Assembly (NCBI RefSeq): GCF_000372725.1
Contig: NW_005201412.1
Coordinates: 1-64,000 of the forward strand
DNA from: Emiliania huxleyi CCMP1516
Lineage: Eukaryota
Direction: 5' to 3'
Length of the DNA: 64,000 bases
Below, piece by piece: positions 34,772 through 47,129 of the stretch (its first letter is position 1; each line of letters begins with the position of its first letter). Both the position numbers and the translations under genes were made by a program. The notes under the pieces were generated by a model, which did no database searches, was not told the origin of the DNA, and worked only from the letters and a program-made list of their open reading frames with translations.

Positions 34772-36018
34772 ATGGATGACGTGAGCCTGGTCGGCTCCGA
34801 AATTGGCGGCGAGACCTTCCGCTTCGGCTACGACAATGTGGACACGGCGTCGGTTGTCTCTGGAACCTCGACAGCTCAGCTGTCCGCCGTGTCTTGCACG
34901 CCCCCATCAAGGGCGCCGCCTGGGCAGCGCTTCGTCTTCATCGGCAACGTCCGCGAGGACTCGGCCGCCGCGTTTTCCCTGATGCCGGGCGACATTGTCC
35001 TCGCCTGCGGGAGCTCGCCCGACGCGAAGTCACACGCCGAGCTGGTCGACGCGGTGCGCTCGGCGGTCGGGATTCTCTCCTTGGCCATCTGGCGGGCCGG
35101 CGAGGTTCGCTTTGCGGCGCTGCACAAGCCGTCGGCCGACACTTTCCTCGGCATCACTCTCAGCGCAGGCGCGGGAGGAGAGGAGAGGAGAGAGGAGAGA
35201 GGAGAGAGGGGAGCGGTGAGAGCAGAAAGGAGAGCAGCACCGCAGGCGCCGTCGACACCGAGGAGGAAGCGGCAAAGATCCGCAAGGCCACCGCCGTCGC
35301 TCACTCGGTGGTGGTCAAGAGGCACGCGGCGCAGCTGGCGGCCGCGGCGGCGGAGGAGGAGGGGGAGATAGCAGCAGAGCCCGCGGCGAGCGGCAACCAG
35401 CCTCCGCAGCCGGCCGCGGCGGAGGAGGCAGCTGCAGCAGAGCACGCGGAGGCAGCACCCAGGGCAGCACGCGCAGCGGGCGGCGCGCGGCAGGCTGCGA
35501 GTCAGGTGGGCGAGGCCTCTCCAGAGGCCGCTCGCCGCTTGCACCCCGAATGCCGGCCGCGGGATCTCTCGGCCACGGAGGCGGGCCGCGAGAGGGACCG
35601 CACGGCGCTGGCCGTCCAGGCGTTGCGCGCGCGGCAGGCAAAGGCGCGCGAGCAGATCTCGGCGTTGGAGACGTCGGAGGCGATGCGGCAGGCGGAGGGC
35701 GAGATGGAGCGGCTGAGGCTGGCACGGGGCGCGGAGCGGCAACGGCTCCGGGCGGCGCTCGAGGAGGCGGCGGACACGCGCTCGAGGCTGCAGACGCTGC
35801 GCTTCGAGCTCGGGACGTGCGAGGCGGAGCTCGACGGGGCGGTGGAGGCGGCCACCGCCGCGCGCACCGCCCACCTCGAGATCGAGCTCGCCGCGGCGGC
35901 CGCCGAGCTACGCGCGGCGCGCGAGGAGGCGGCGGCAGCAAGGCGCGAAGCGGCGGCGGCGAGGGCGGCGGCGGCGGCGGCCATGCACTCGGCCGCACGC
36001 GGCGCGGAGGTGCTGTAG
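34772..36018 (+). CDS. PDZ-like domain plus coiled-coil protein (intron about 35169-35245)
   Basis: VFIGNVREDSAAAFSLMPGDIVLA...SHAELVDAVRSA.GILSLAIWR and LHKPSADTFLGITLS are PDZ-like. C-terminal coiled coil. Confidence 0.6.
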
Positions 36019-36336
36019 CTGGAATGTAACGGAACGCGGAGGGAACAGTGGAGCACGGCGTCTTCGCTATTCGCTCGAGATGGTTCATTGCTTTCGTACT
36101 TTATCTCGTGTCGCGCGCGTGTCCGTTGCGGTCTTGGGGCTTGTGTGTCCTTGACCTTGGGGTCCTTGAGGGGTGCGTTGTCGGGAGATGTTGGAACGAG
36201 CGCGCAACGAGGGGCGATTCGCGTGCGCGCGCGGAGTTGTTGGGTGGTGGCCTTCATACGAGTATGCCTTGCTCAACGATATAAAACCAATGGTTTCAAA
36301 CTCGCGACTCACTTCACCTTACGGCTTTGTTTATAT

Positions 36337-38796
36337 TCACCTCCGCCGCTCTGGCGCAGCCTCGCTGAAGCCGCGCCCGTTGGTCCGCCCGTCGTCGTGC
36401 GGCCGCCGCTGCGCGTCCCTCGCCGCGACGTTCTGCTTGTGCAGCTCCGACTCGGCGACGTGCTTGGCGAGCACCGCAGCCGACTTGAGCTTGCGCTTGC
36501 AGACGAGGCAGACGAGGTTGTCCCAGTCCACGTCGCCGTCGCCGTCCCTGCTGCGCGGCGGCGGCGGCGGCGGCTGCTGCGGCGGCGGCGCCCCGTCCGC
36601 CCTCAGGTCGGGCGGCGGCCGCGGCCTGCCCGCCCGTTGGATGGGTGGCGCCGCGTCGCCGGGCCGGAGCGGAGGCGCGCCCCGCGCCTCTGCGGGCTCG
36701 GCCGGCTCGGCCGGCTCCTCGGGCTCGTCCGCCACCGCCTGCTTGAAGAGGCCGAGGGAGGGCTTCGCGAGGCCCAGCTTCTTCCCCTTGGCGAGCCCGC
36801 CCCCGCCGCCCATCCCGAGCACCACCTTGCCGCGGTTCCCCTCGAGCGGCTTCGCCTCTGCCACCGCGGGTTCGCCGCCGCCCGCGGCGGCGGCGGCGGC
36901 GGCGGCTGCGGCGGCGGTGGCGAGTGCGTTGCCCACGGGCAGGGGCGCCGCCGCCGGGGCCGCCTCCGCGTTCATCTCGTACGGTAGCCCCGTGATCGGG
37001 TCGAGGTACTTTTCGTCGATGTACTGGCTCAGCTTGCCCGTGATCGGGTCGGACGAGTACCAGAGGCCGGTGGCGGGGTGGTAGTAGAGGCACTTTGCGG
37101 CGTCGTAGTAGTAGCCCGTCTCGGCCGAGTAGTAGTAGCCGCTCTCGTGGTCCGCCTCGAAGCCCTCCGGGACGCCGTACCCCGCCCGCTTCGGCCCCTG
37201 GTGCGCCGGCTCGCGCTCCTCTGCGCGGAAGGCCGAGCGGTGCGTGTCCCTCGCCCAAGAGAGCCGGCAGCTGGCGCCGTCCACCTGCAGGCAGGATGTA
37301 CCACCCCTCTCGAGCGCGCCGCGCCGCGCGCCTTCGGTGCGGTGGGATGCTGCGCAGGGGCCGCCTCGAAGCCACCGCCCTTGCTCCGGAGGAGCGACCT
37401 GGCGTCCGCCATCTCAAAGAACTCGACAAAGGCGAAGCCGCGAGAGGCGCGCGAGCCTGCGAGGCGGCGGCGGGGGTGTGGGTGTGTGTTGGGGGGGGGG
37501 GGGGGGGGGCCTTGGGGGGGGCCCGAAAAACCGGGCGGGAAAAGGGGGGGGGGGAATTTCCCCTTTTTCGGGAACAAACCCCACCTCCGGGAAGGGCCCC
37601 TATGGGGAAAAAGCCTTTTTGACCTGGGCCTCCCCAGTCCCCTCCCCCATCCCTTTGACCATGATCACGGGCGCCTGGCGGCCGGGGGCGAGGGCGGGTA
37701 GGGCGCTGCCGGTGGAGGCGGGGACGGGGGGCGAGCGGCGGCGGCGCCTCTGGCTCCTCGCCGCGCCAATCGCCGCGCCAATCGCCGCGGCCATCGCCAC
37801 GCCGCTCCTCGCGCCGCTCCTCGCGCCGTTCTTCACGGCGATCGTCACGCCACTCATCGCGGCCGTCGCCGCCACGCCGATCGTCGCGACGATCGCGATC
37901 GTCTCCGCGCCGCTCCTCGCGCCGCTCCTCGCGCCGCTCCTCGCGCCGCTCCTCGCGCCGCTCCTCGCTGCGGCCGCCCTCGCCATAGTCGCGCCGCCCC
38001 TCCGCCTGAGGCGAAGCAAGGGTCGGCGCTGACGAGGGGGGGGGGGAGGGGAGGGGAGGGGGGGGGGGGGAAGGGGAAGGGGAGGGCCCCCCTCGTTCTT
38101 CGACCTGCGCATCTCAAACACGTGGCGCAGCTCTCGCTCATAGTCGCCGCCGCCACCCCGGTCGTCGTGCCGGTCGTCGTACCGGTCATCGTACCGGTCG
38201 TCGTAGCCTCTGCGGCGGTCACGCTCTCGCGACCTGTCGCGCGAGCGCGAGCGGTCTCGCCCCCGCTCTCGCTCGCGGTCTCGCTCGCGGTCTCGCTCGC
38301 GGTCTCGCTCGCGCCGCTCGCGCCAGTCGTCTTCCGCCGCCTCCCTCGACGCCTCGCCTGCGTGGCCCGTGCAGGCCGCTGAGAAGTTGGGAACGCGCCG
38401 TGCGAGGTCGGACCGCCATCGCACCCTCCCGCCGGTGCGTGCGCCACTGAGGAGGGGCGCGGGACGGCTCCGAGTAGCCCAAGTCGACCGCGACCCCGCA
38501 CACTGCAAACTCTCCCACGGAGCCCTCCACAAAGGCCTGCAAACGCGGCGCGCGCGGGGCTCAGGAGGGGCCGTCCCGCGAGGGGCCGCCGGCCGCGCCG
38601 AGCGCGCAGGGGGAGGGGCGACCTGCGCCAGCTCCACCGACTCGAAGCTGGCGGCGCACTCGACGGAGCCGTCCCTGCGGTGCGACATTCGCACCCTCAC
38701 GTCCCCGTAGTCGCTGAGCTGCGAGAGGACGTCCGCCTCGGTGGCGCGGGCCGGCACGCCCGACAGCTTGACGTCGCGGCTCGCGGCGCCCGACAT
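36337..38796 (-). CDS. RBM5/RBM10 (SUA)-like splicing factor: RRMs, RD/RS region, OCRE and C2H2 zinc finger
   Basis: SRGFAFVEF (RNP1), OCRE GYYYSAETGYYYDAAKCLYYHPATGLWY, and VDWDNLVCLVCKRKLKSAAVLAKHVAESELHKQN. The middle (37460-38110) looks like low-quality sequence. Confidence 0.8.
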
Positions 38797-38934
38797 TCCG
38801 CCACCCCCGCCTCTCGCCGCGGCGCCGTCGACCCCGCGCGTGGGCTGATCCGCGCGCGTGGGAGGGGCTACAACAGAGGACAGCCCGCTCAAAAAGAATT
38901 TAAACAAGACAAAAAGAATTTGCGTGTGCGCAGC

Positions 38935-39245
38935 GCGAGAGCAAGGGAGCGGCAGGCGGTGGCGGCGTCGCAGGACGAGGGCACGAGGCAGAGGAGAGCG
39001 ACGCGACAGAGGAAGAAGCGACAGAAGGGAGAACGACGAGAGTGGGACGACCGCGAGGTGGCATGAAGGTTGCAGCGAGAATCGGGGAGGGACTGCGAAG
39101 GGAGATAGAAAGAGGCAGACGACCAAGGGTTAGGGTGGGCGACGGCTAGCACCACACCCCTCTCCTTAAAATCCCTGTGTGGTGGCGGCGTGCCCTAACC
39201 GTCCCTTGGGTTGTGTGTTTTCTTTCTTTCTTTCTTTCTTTCTCT
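38935..39245 (+). mobile_element. Family A retroelement remnant
   Basis: Aligns with the reverse complement of 26790-27085 and ends in a TTTC tail. Confidence 0.8.
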
Positions 39246-39248
39246 TCA

Positions 39249-39265
39249 TCAGCAGCAGCAGCAGT

Positions 39266-39301
<36 letters not shown>

Positions 39302-39455
39302 TGCCGCCGCCGCCTCCGTCGCCGCCGCTGCCGCCTCCTTCGCCGCCTCGCCACCGCCTCGCCGGGCGGTGCGGCCGCAGCTGCAGCTATGGCAGCAGCC
39401 GCAACCGAGGCAGCAGCAGCGGCAGTAGCAGCGGTAGCCGCAGCCGCAGCCGCCA
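39249..39455. repeat. (CAG)n/(GCC)n trinucleotide tract
   Basis: Visible directly in the sequence. Confidence 0.9.
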
Positions 39456-39527
39456 TCCTTTTTTTCACGGTCCTTCCCCCGTAAAAGAGAAACCAGGTTG
39501 CGTGGGCTTGTGTGTGTGGAAAGCGCT

Positions 39528-41811
39528 TCACGCACCTCGCTGCGACGGATGGAGGGAGAGACATGCCAAACAAGTGGGTGGGGGATAGGTTCGTGCCTCG
39601 ACCAGTTGTGTCGTATGGGGTGTACGAAGGGCCGGTCCGATTCGGGAGACCCGTCGAGGGATCTGAACAGCTCGAGAGCGGGGACGATGAGCTGCGGCTC
39701 GCGTTTGGGCAGGGGCTGTGGGGCGGCAGACTGCCAGACGACTGGCAGGTGATAGACGCGGAAATGTACGCGGTGCTGGCTTACCTGCGTAAGATGGCGA
39801 CGGCGGAAGATGCGGCGGACAGGAGGTGCCTCGTCTTGAGCGACTGCAAGCCCGCGCTACAGCAGATCGAGGCGGCGTATCGAAGAGGCTCTCTTGAGGG
39901 GCTCAGGGAATGGGACCGAGGAGGGATGTTAGAGGGGATATGCAGATATCGCGCCCAGCTCGAATCCGTCACGTTCCTGTGGGTACCGAGCCACGCGGGG
40001 TGCGCTAGCAACGCCTACGCCGACGCCGCGGCGACGGCATACACAGGGGCCAGCGAGATTGAGGATGCCACAGCGGTCATTCGGGGAGCGGTGAGGACAC
40101 GCCCGTGCCTATACACGGACCGCCGGAGGACGGCAGACAGAGAGAGTGTGGGCGGGAGGTACTGGACCGGAGGACCTATTACGCCACACGCGGCCACGCG
40201 AACGAGTGGGTGCGAGGACGGCTCGGCGAGGGGCTCACGGCGGGGTCGCACACGGCAGGGGTGACGGGGCCGCTGTGGAGCGATGTGGTCAGGGGAACGA
40301 CGAGACACAAACGGGACAAGCGCCAGCGGATCAAGGATCAGCACGGCGAGCGCGAGATTGAATTCGCCGACGTGGATGATCACAACGTGGTGACAAAGAC
40401 CGTCATGGGAGCGCGTGTGCGGCAGCAGGCGGGGGTGCCACACGGAGCGCATCACGAGAGGATTATGCGGGGAGAGGCGGGGAGAGAGACCCCGGGTGCC
40501 GCCACAAGGAGCGAACTCAGGGGCTGCCTCGTCTGTAAGGCCGCGAGGGACGCGGCGAGGAGGGCGGCACTAAAGCGAGACCCGCTGTGTCCGATCGTGC
40601 GGAAAGCCGCGCAGCAATGGACCGAGGAAGATGAGAACCCGCCTAGAGCGACGATGGCGCACTTGCTTAGCGGCGCCTGCCTGGGGAATAGGGAGCAGGC
40701 CAGATGGTTCCTCAGAGTGGCGCGAGCGCAGACGGGGACGGCGATCAGCAAAGTAGCCCAGGCGGCACCCGACTCCAAGGATACGCTGAAGACGCGGAGG
40801 ATAGCGCATGTCGCTGCGCTGAAGGGCCCACGCTATAGGGTGCTGGATGAGGACGGGTACGATGCACTAGCCCCAGCCGTCGGGGGGGTGTTGCCGGCGC
40901 TGGTAGATGATCTCTCGGAGAAGAGCCGGAGGGACCTTGGCGCCGGGGTCACGAGGAACTTGCAAGTCGTGGCCGAGGCGGCGACAGGAGCGGTGCAGAG
41001 GTGGATCCAGCTCAATGATGAGGCTACAGCGCGCATAATGAAGAGAGAGGAACACATCGAGTGGCTGAGGAAGCTCTTCACTGGGTGGAAGGAGGCTCGG
41101 CCGGCCTTGAGGGAGTCGCGGAGGAGGAGGGATGACGCAGGCAACGCAGGGACAGGCCAGCAGCCAGTGGGACGAACGAGGGCCGCGACGGCGGCTCAAG
41201 CGGGAGGGAGCGGAGACGGTGGGCAGCGAGCGAAGTGGGTGAGACTGATGATGCTCCTTCGACTTAGGGAGCGGTTCAGCTGCTGGGCGGGCTTCAGGCT
41301 GGTGCTCACGCGAAAAGGAATCGACGCGATGTACAAAGCATACAAGAAGAGGAGAAAAAAGAGGAGAGGCGCCAGTGATGACGAAGCAGAAACTAGCGCA
41401 GACGAGAGCAGGGCAGAACCGGGGACTGGGGAGCCGGAGCAGACGGCATCGGCCGCCGAGGGAACGTTGGGAAGAGGCACGAGGAGGGCGGCGACCTCGA
41501 CCGACTATGGAGGACCCGTCGCCAGACGACGCAGGGCAGAAGACGGTGAGGCGGAGCAAACGCGCAGGGCGAGACGAGGGAGGGAGCAGGATGTTGCGGA
41601 GATCAGCAGGAGGATGTACGACGAGATTAGGAGCAGCAGGGACCCGAGGGACCATGTGGAAGACGGCTAGTGCTAGTTAGTCCCCCATCGGGAGGACGAC
41701 CCCGGCTAGTCGCCGACCACACCCACAAAGAACCCTGCACAAAGATCGCAAGGGCGGGGACCTGTTCCTTTTTACCCATCTCACACTAGAGAGGTGTCCG
41801 TTTTATTTATT
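39528..41811 (+). mobile_element. 5'-truncated non-LTR retrotransposon with RNase H domain, (TTTA)n tail and 15-bp TSD
   Basis: RNase H motifs DAEMYAVL, VLSDCKPAL and FLWVPSHAGCASNAYADAAA. Frameshift near 40150. TGTGTGGAAAGCGCT is duplicated at 39513-39527 and 41812-41826. Confidence 0.92.
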
Positions 41812-41928
41812 TGTGTGGAAAGCGCTCTAAGGTCTAAGGAACGCAAACGACGACGGCGTGCCGCGAGATCCTCTTTTCCTTATGCCCGCAACCCACTGTG
41901 TACGCCCAACTCCAGAGATCCAGAGGGG

Positions 41929-42594
41929 TCAGATGTCCTCCTCCTCTGGGAACAAGCTCGCGAACGCCTCCCACCCCAGCTCCACAGCCGCCAGCGCCTC
42001 GTCGTCGATGCTCTCCGCGGCGGCGACCCCGCCTCCAGATAGCGCGCTCTCCTCCCCAGCGCTGGACGGCGGCTCGTCAAGGCGCGAGCGGTCTCTGCTC
42101 ACTCCGTCCCTCAGCGGCGACCGCCAGTTGGCCGTGTCCCTGCCTTCCGCTCGGGCGGCGAGCTTGCCCGCCCCCTGAGCCGCAGCCATCCCTCCGCCCG
42201 CAAGCAGTCCCCTCCGATGGCGCTCCAGCACTTCGAGCTCGTTGAACGACACCGCGTGTATGCAGTCCACAGGGCAGCAGTCGATCGCCTCCGCGATGAC
42301 GTCCGCTGTGTCGCCGCTCTGCTGGAAGACCCTCGCCGCACCAAACTCAGCCTCCATCCGGAACGTGCTTCGCGCGATCTCCGCGCAGTACCGGCACCCG
42401 ATGCATCGCGACTCGTCCACGTATGTGAGCTGCGGAAGCGTCGAGTCGCGAGAGAGGCTGCTGGGCAGGAGGCCGTGAGTGCTGTCTGCAGAGAGAAGCT
42501 CATGCGAGTCGACCGCCCCGATGAGCGAGTCGCGCTTCTGCAGGTAGGAGGCCTTCACCGCTACTACGCGAGGAGCGGACATCAGCAGAGACAT
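41929..42594 (-). CDS. 4Fe-4S ferredoxin-domain protein of the DnaJ-Fer (CDJ3/4-like) type, no J domain seen
   Basis: YVDESRCIGCRYCAEIARSTFRMEAEFGAARVFQQ...EAIDCCPVDCIH.VSF.EL..LE. Confidence 0.8.
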   Translation of the reverse strand: MSLLMSAPRVVAVKASYLQKRDSLIGAVDSHELLSADSTHGLLPSSLSRDSTLPQLTYVDESRCIGCRYCAEIARSTFRMEAEFGAARVFQQSGDTADVIAEAIDCCPVDCIHAVSFNELEVLERHRRGLLAGGGMAAAQGAGKLAARAEGRDTANWRSPLRDGVSRDRSRLDEPPSSAGEESALSGGGVAAAESIDDEALAAVELGWEAFASLFPEEEDI

Positions 42595-42724
42595 GGCGGC
42601 CAGGAGGCCAGGACTGATTAGCCAGTGTGGCGAGCGGTTCCGTATGCCTTTACTGTCCAGGCTAGAGTGTGGCGAGCGGACCGTGTGCGAAAATTCCCTT
42701 CGCCAAAAGAAAAACGCCTCCGCG

Positions 42725-42910
42725 CATCCCTCCCTTGGGTTGTCTGTTTTCTTTCTTTCTTTAGGAAGAGGCAGACGCCCAAGGGTGGGCGACGGCTAGC
42801 ACCACACTCCTCTCCTTAAATCCATGTGTGGTGGCGGCGTGCCGTCCTCCCATCCCAACGTTTGGGTGCTTGTTTTCTTTCGTTGGGTGATTGTTTTCTT
42901 TCTTTTCTCT
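42725..42910 (+). mobile_element. Tandem family A 3' ends
   Basis: A tail (catccctcccttgggttgtctgttttctttc) is immediately followed by a second hairpin-containing 3' end. Confidence 0.75.
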
Positions 42911-43598
42911 CAATAATCAAATCCTATCCCATCCAACCAGTCCTGGCAGGTTGATGCGGGGTTGGTGTTGCTGAATGCGTATTCTTCATGCGAAACCGCG
43001 AAAAAAGATTGTTGGTTTCCTAAAATCTCTCTCCCGAAAAAACATCTCGCAGCGCGGAGGAGGACCGCGGTGCTCGGTGGAGCTCCAAAGAAAGAAAAGA
43101 AAGAAATCAGAAAAACCAAACAAGGGATGGGACGAGGACAGGGTCCCCACCTGCACGAGCAGGATTTTGGAAGGACGATCAGGGGCCTGTCAGGGGCACA
43201 GGGGGTTCTCCTGCTCCCTGACAAGGGACAACGACAGGCTCGCAGCGCGCTAGCGGCTAGGCAGCGCGGTGCTCGGTGGACTCCCAACTCCACTGGCGGT
43301 CTCATCTCAGTCTAGCGACCTGCCTCCAGCTTCTCACTGGCAGTCTCTCGCTACCACAGGCACACTGACAGGGGTGGCAGGGGCGGCGGCAGGAGTCTCC
43401 CACATACTAATGTGGGCGGTGGAGTTCCAGAAAGAAAAAAGAAAGAAAGAGAACAGACAAGCCACGGGAGGGATGGGAGGACGGCACGCGTCGGGTGGAT
43501 CGACTGTCCCGGCGTTTCTTCTTTGTTTGCCTGTGATAGTGCTAGCACGCGCCAGTCCGCACCTGTGTCGAGCCTGTCTGCTGTGGAGAGAGTTCCAT

Positions 43599-45250
43599 CT
43601 TGGAGCACTTGGAGTGCAGTCAGTAGCCTCACATCCAGAGCCGGGGGGCTAAGAAGCACACCCAGCGGGCCGGATGATCGTGATCGGGTTGCGGGCAAGA
43701 GAGCCCTATAGCCTCGGGGGTGCGCGTTCGCAGGGAAAGGGCCATAAAGTAAATTCGGGTCTCCGAGGGTTAGCCCCGCGTACCGGGTTTCCCCTTAACT
43801 GCAGGACGCCCCCTCTACTCGGAGCTAATGAACACCACACTGCACGCCTCACACCACCACTCTCTGCACTCACTTGCGCAGACACTTGAGTAGACCCCCC
43901 GCCCGCCTGAGGGCTCACCCCTCGTCTTCCCAGGGTTCCGACACTCCTTGATTCGCTCTCTTGCTCGTCTCCCGAGCGTTATGCGACGACCGGTATGGTC
44001 GTTTCCCTCGTTGTTGGTGTCGCTTTCTCCGCTGCCGCCCTTCGTCTTCGCCAGCTTCTCCCGGCTCCACCGCTTCCGAGGGCGTCGACGGCCCGGCCGA
44101 GGTCTCCCCGGCCGAATGCGGCAGCAATGGATCCTCTCGCCGCGCCTCCCCGGGGGGTCGGGCTGGTTCTCCCTGGTTGGCGAGTCGCGCCCTCATCCGC
44201 GGCCTTTCTATCGTACTCGGCTCGCCCCCCCCTCCGCCGGCTCCTCGTCGAGCTCGGGGGGTCGCGGCCCTCCTTGTCGTAGTTCACGATGGTCCGGCTG
44301 CCGCCGCGACGGATCTACCCGCGCCGGCGAGCCCGTATGCCCCAACTCCATCCGCAGGGGCCGAGTCAGCTCGTCTCTCGCCTCCTCCGATAGCTGACTC
44401 CAGGCCCCGCCAACCCGGCCCCGCCCGGGGCCCTCCGGCCTCGGCCTTCCGGATCGCCGGTGGGGGCCCGCCGTCGTCCTGTGGCGCCCCCCCCCCCTCG
44501 CCCCCCCCCCTTCGGTACTCCAGTCTCCGACGGGGGGTTCTGGGTTCTCCAGGGTCTGTGTGGGTCCGTGCGGTGACGGCCACGCCGGCGGCGGGGGCGG
44601 AGGCGGTGGCGGGGGCGGCGGGTATGGTGGCGGTACGGGCGGCCGCCCTGGTGTGGGGCTCCGGGGGTGGCCCCTTGACCCTGATGGCCGTTCCAACCGC
44701 GGCTCCACGCGTCGGTCGTCTACCGCACTCCGGGGGAGAGGCGTGTCACTTCGACCATTAGCCGGGCGAAGGGCGGTCATCTCATTCCCGACTGCAGCTG
44801 TTGCCACTGCCTGACATCTACGGCCGCCCAGAGGACTCCGTGCACTATCGGGAGCAAGCCCGTTCTCACCTGCGTCTCGGACGGAATAGGTCGGAGGGCT
44901 TGCCCCCCCGCCACCGCCCCCCACGGCCCCACACAATCGATCACGTGCGCACCTAGATTTGTCACCCAGGCTGGGCCGAGCTTCTCCCTCACCGGGCTCG
45001 AGGCATCCCCCTCGGTCATGGGTTTGATCTCTACGGGTTGGTCGTACCCCAGCGCCACCGAGCTGACTCTCTGTAGGTCTCGTCGCAGCTCCTCCTCGTT
45101 GCCATGGTCTCTTTCTTGGCAGCGGGACGATCACGACCCCATCATGCTGGAGGAGGCTGATGAGTGCCGCCCAGTCCCATTTGGCCGCCCTGGAGATTGC
45201 TTCCAGCTCCGACACCACATCCGACTTGAGCGTGCGCGCCGGGTCAGTCG
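43599..45250 (-). mobile_element. Family C element remnant (longest copy)
   Basis: Terminus 43599-43830 and internal 44070-44280 are homologous to the 22440-23752 copy. The 5' limit is uncertain. Confidence 0.65.
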
Positions 45251-45352
45251 ATCCACCCGACGCGTCGGTGGGGAATTAAATCCGGCTTTGTTGTTCTGCC
45301 GGCGGGCGCGACTTTGGAGTTCTGCCGGGCAAACAACAGAGACACGGCTGCG

Positions 45353-47129
45353 ATGCCGCCCACGGGCGTCCTCCGCGCGACCAGCCTCGCCTCGCTGCCC
45401 GTCGACGAGGAGGAGCGGCTGGCCGCGCAGCTGCTTCTGCTTCGCGGCGACTCGCGTCACCACAGCGACGCCGTCCGGCTGATGCGAGAGCACCTCGGCG
45501 TGCAGGCGGTCCTCCTCGAGGGTGCCCTCGCGGATGCGCTGCTGCCTTCAACCGACGCTGCGGAAGGCATCCCAGCCGCGCCCGGGCCCAGCCTCGGCTG
45601 TCTCGAGCGCGGGCTGCCCCTCGGCCTGGCCACGGCCGCGACTGTGGAGGCGCCAAAGCCGGGCGATGTAGTGAGCGATGCAGCCATCTCGAGGTGGATC
45701 CGCACCACCTGCGAGTCGGTGGAGGTCGGGCTGATCAACTACCTCCACGTGGGCGTGCGCGTGATGTGGGCCGCACCGGACGGCGCGTGGAAGCAGCAGG
45801 CGCTGCTGCGTCCGCGCTGCAAGGTGTCCATCACGGGCCACGGCTGCATCTCGTGGCAAAACACCTTCCTCGGCCACTCCTTCGAGCTGCGGCCCGAGGA
45901 CCCGGCCGCGAGCGCGCCCGTCTCCTTCACGGTGCAGCATGCCAGCGGGCCTCCGACCCACCTCTGACCCTGCACCCTCCACACCTCCCGCCGCCCCGCC
46001 CACCCTGTACAACTCCGACTCTGTGCCCTCCTCCCGCCTCATCCCCCTCGCCGCAACGCCTCGCCGCCAGGTGCAGCACGCGGGCGTCGTCTCGATCGGC
46101 GAGCCCGCCCCGCTGCCCGAGGAGCTCTACCGCCACAACTGGACCGCCGTCGTCGAGACGACGCAGGCGCTCGAGCGGAAGCGCGCGCGCGCCGTGCACC
46201 GCACCTTCACCGAGGCTGGCTCCTTGTAGCCGAGATCTAGACGAGATGCGGCCGAGATGCAGCCGAGGTAGCCGTGCACCGCACCTTCACCGAGTCGCCG
46301 TCACATCGCCAGCGCGGGCAGCCGTGAACAGGTTGGCTTTGCGCGCGCGCCGATCCCCGAGCGGACGTGGGCCGCGCTCTCGACCTACTACTACAACAAC
46401 CGGCACGCCGCGCAGCGCGAGGACTGGGACGACCTCGGCACCTCGATGGCCTTCGTCAACTGGTGGGAGTCGCAGACGCGCCTCATCCCGATGCCGCTCC
46501 GCTGGAAGGAGAGGTGGCACCGCGAGCTCATGCCGACCGTGGCCGCGTGGGCGGGCGACGTGCAGCTGCAGGCGACCGCGTTTTACGGGATGCGCGTCTA
46601 CGCGGACGCTTCGTGGCTCATCCGCCACGTCGACCGCGAGGACACGCACGCCCTCTCGGCCATCATGAACCTCGACCAGTCCGACGACGTGGAGGCAGCC
46701 ACCCAACGCCACCCGACGCCACCCGACACCCCCCGAGGTCACCCGAGACCCCCCGAGGTCACCCGAGACCACCCGTCATGAACCTTGACCAGCCATCGGA
46801 CGTCGGGGTTGGGGTAAGCGTGTCCGGGTGAGAGCGAAGCGTGACGAGGGTAGGCGTGGCCGCTCCTCATCGACTCGCTCGACGGCGAGACGCACTCCCT
46901 CACCATCTCGCCCGGCGAGATGCTCTTTTACGAGTCGGCGCGCTGCCTGCACGGCCGGCCGCTCCCGCTCAAGGGCTCGCGTTTCGTCAACGCGTTCGTC
47001 CACTACCGCCCAAAGGACGACCCGCACTGGCACGCCGTGGCAGGCAGCTACTCGGGCGCCGCGGTGCGCTGGGCTGCGGACCACATCGCCGTGCGCTCGG
47101 AGGAGGCGCGCGAGATTGCGCCGGCGTGA
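45353..47129 (+). CDS. 2OG-Fe(II) dioxygenase-like protein, multi-exon
   Basis: FYGMRVY...LIRHVDREDTHALSAIMNLDQ, WPLLI...PGEMLFYESARCLHGRPLPLKG..FVNAFVHYRP give the HxD...H facial triad. Confidence 0.75.

Noticed and set aside
37460..38110. G/C homopolymer-rich stretches and a degenerate second RD-repeat block in the RBM5-like gene
   Set aside because: They look like low-quality read or assembly sequence rather than biology.
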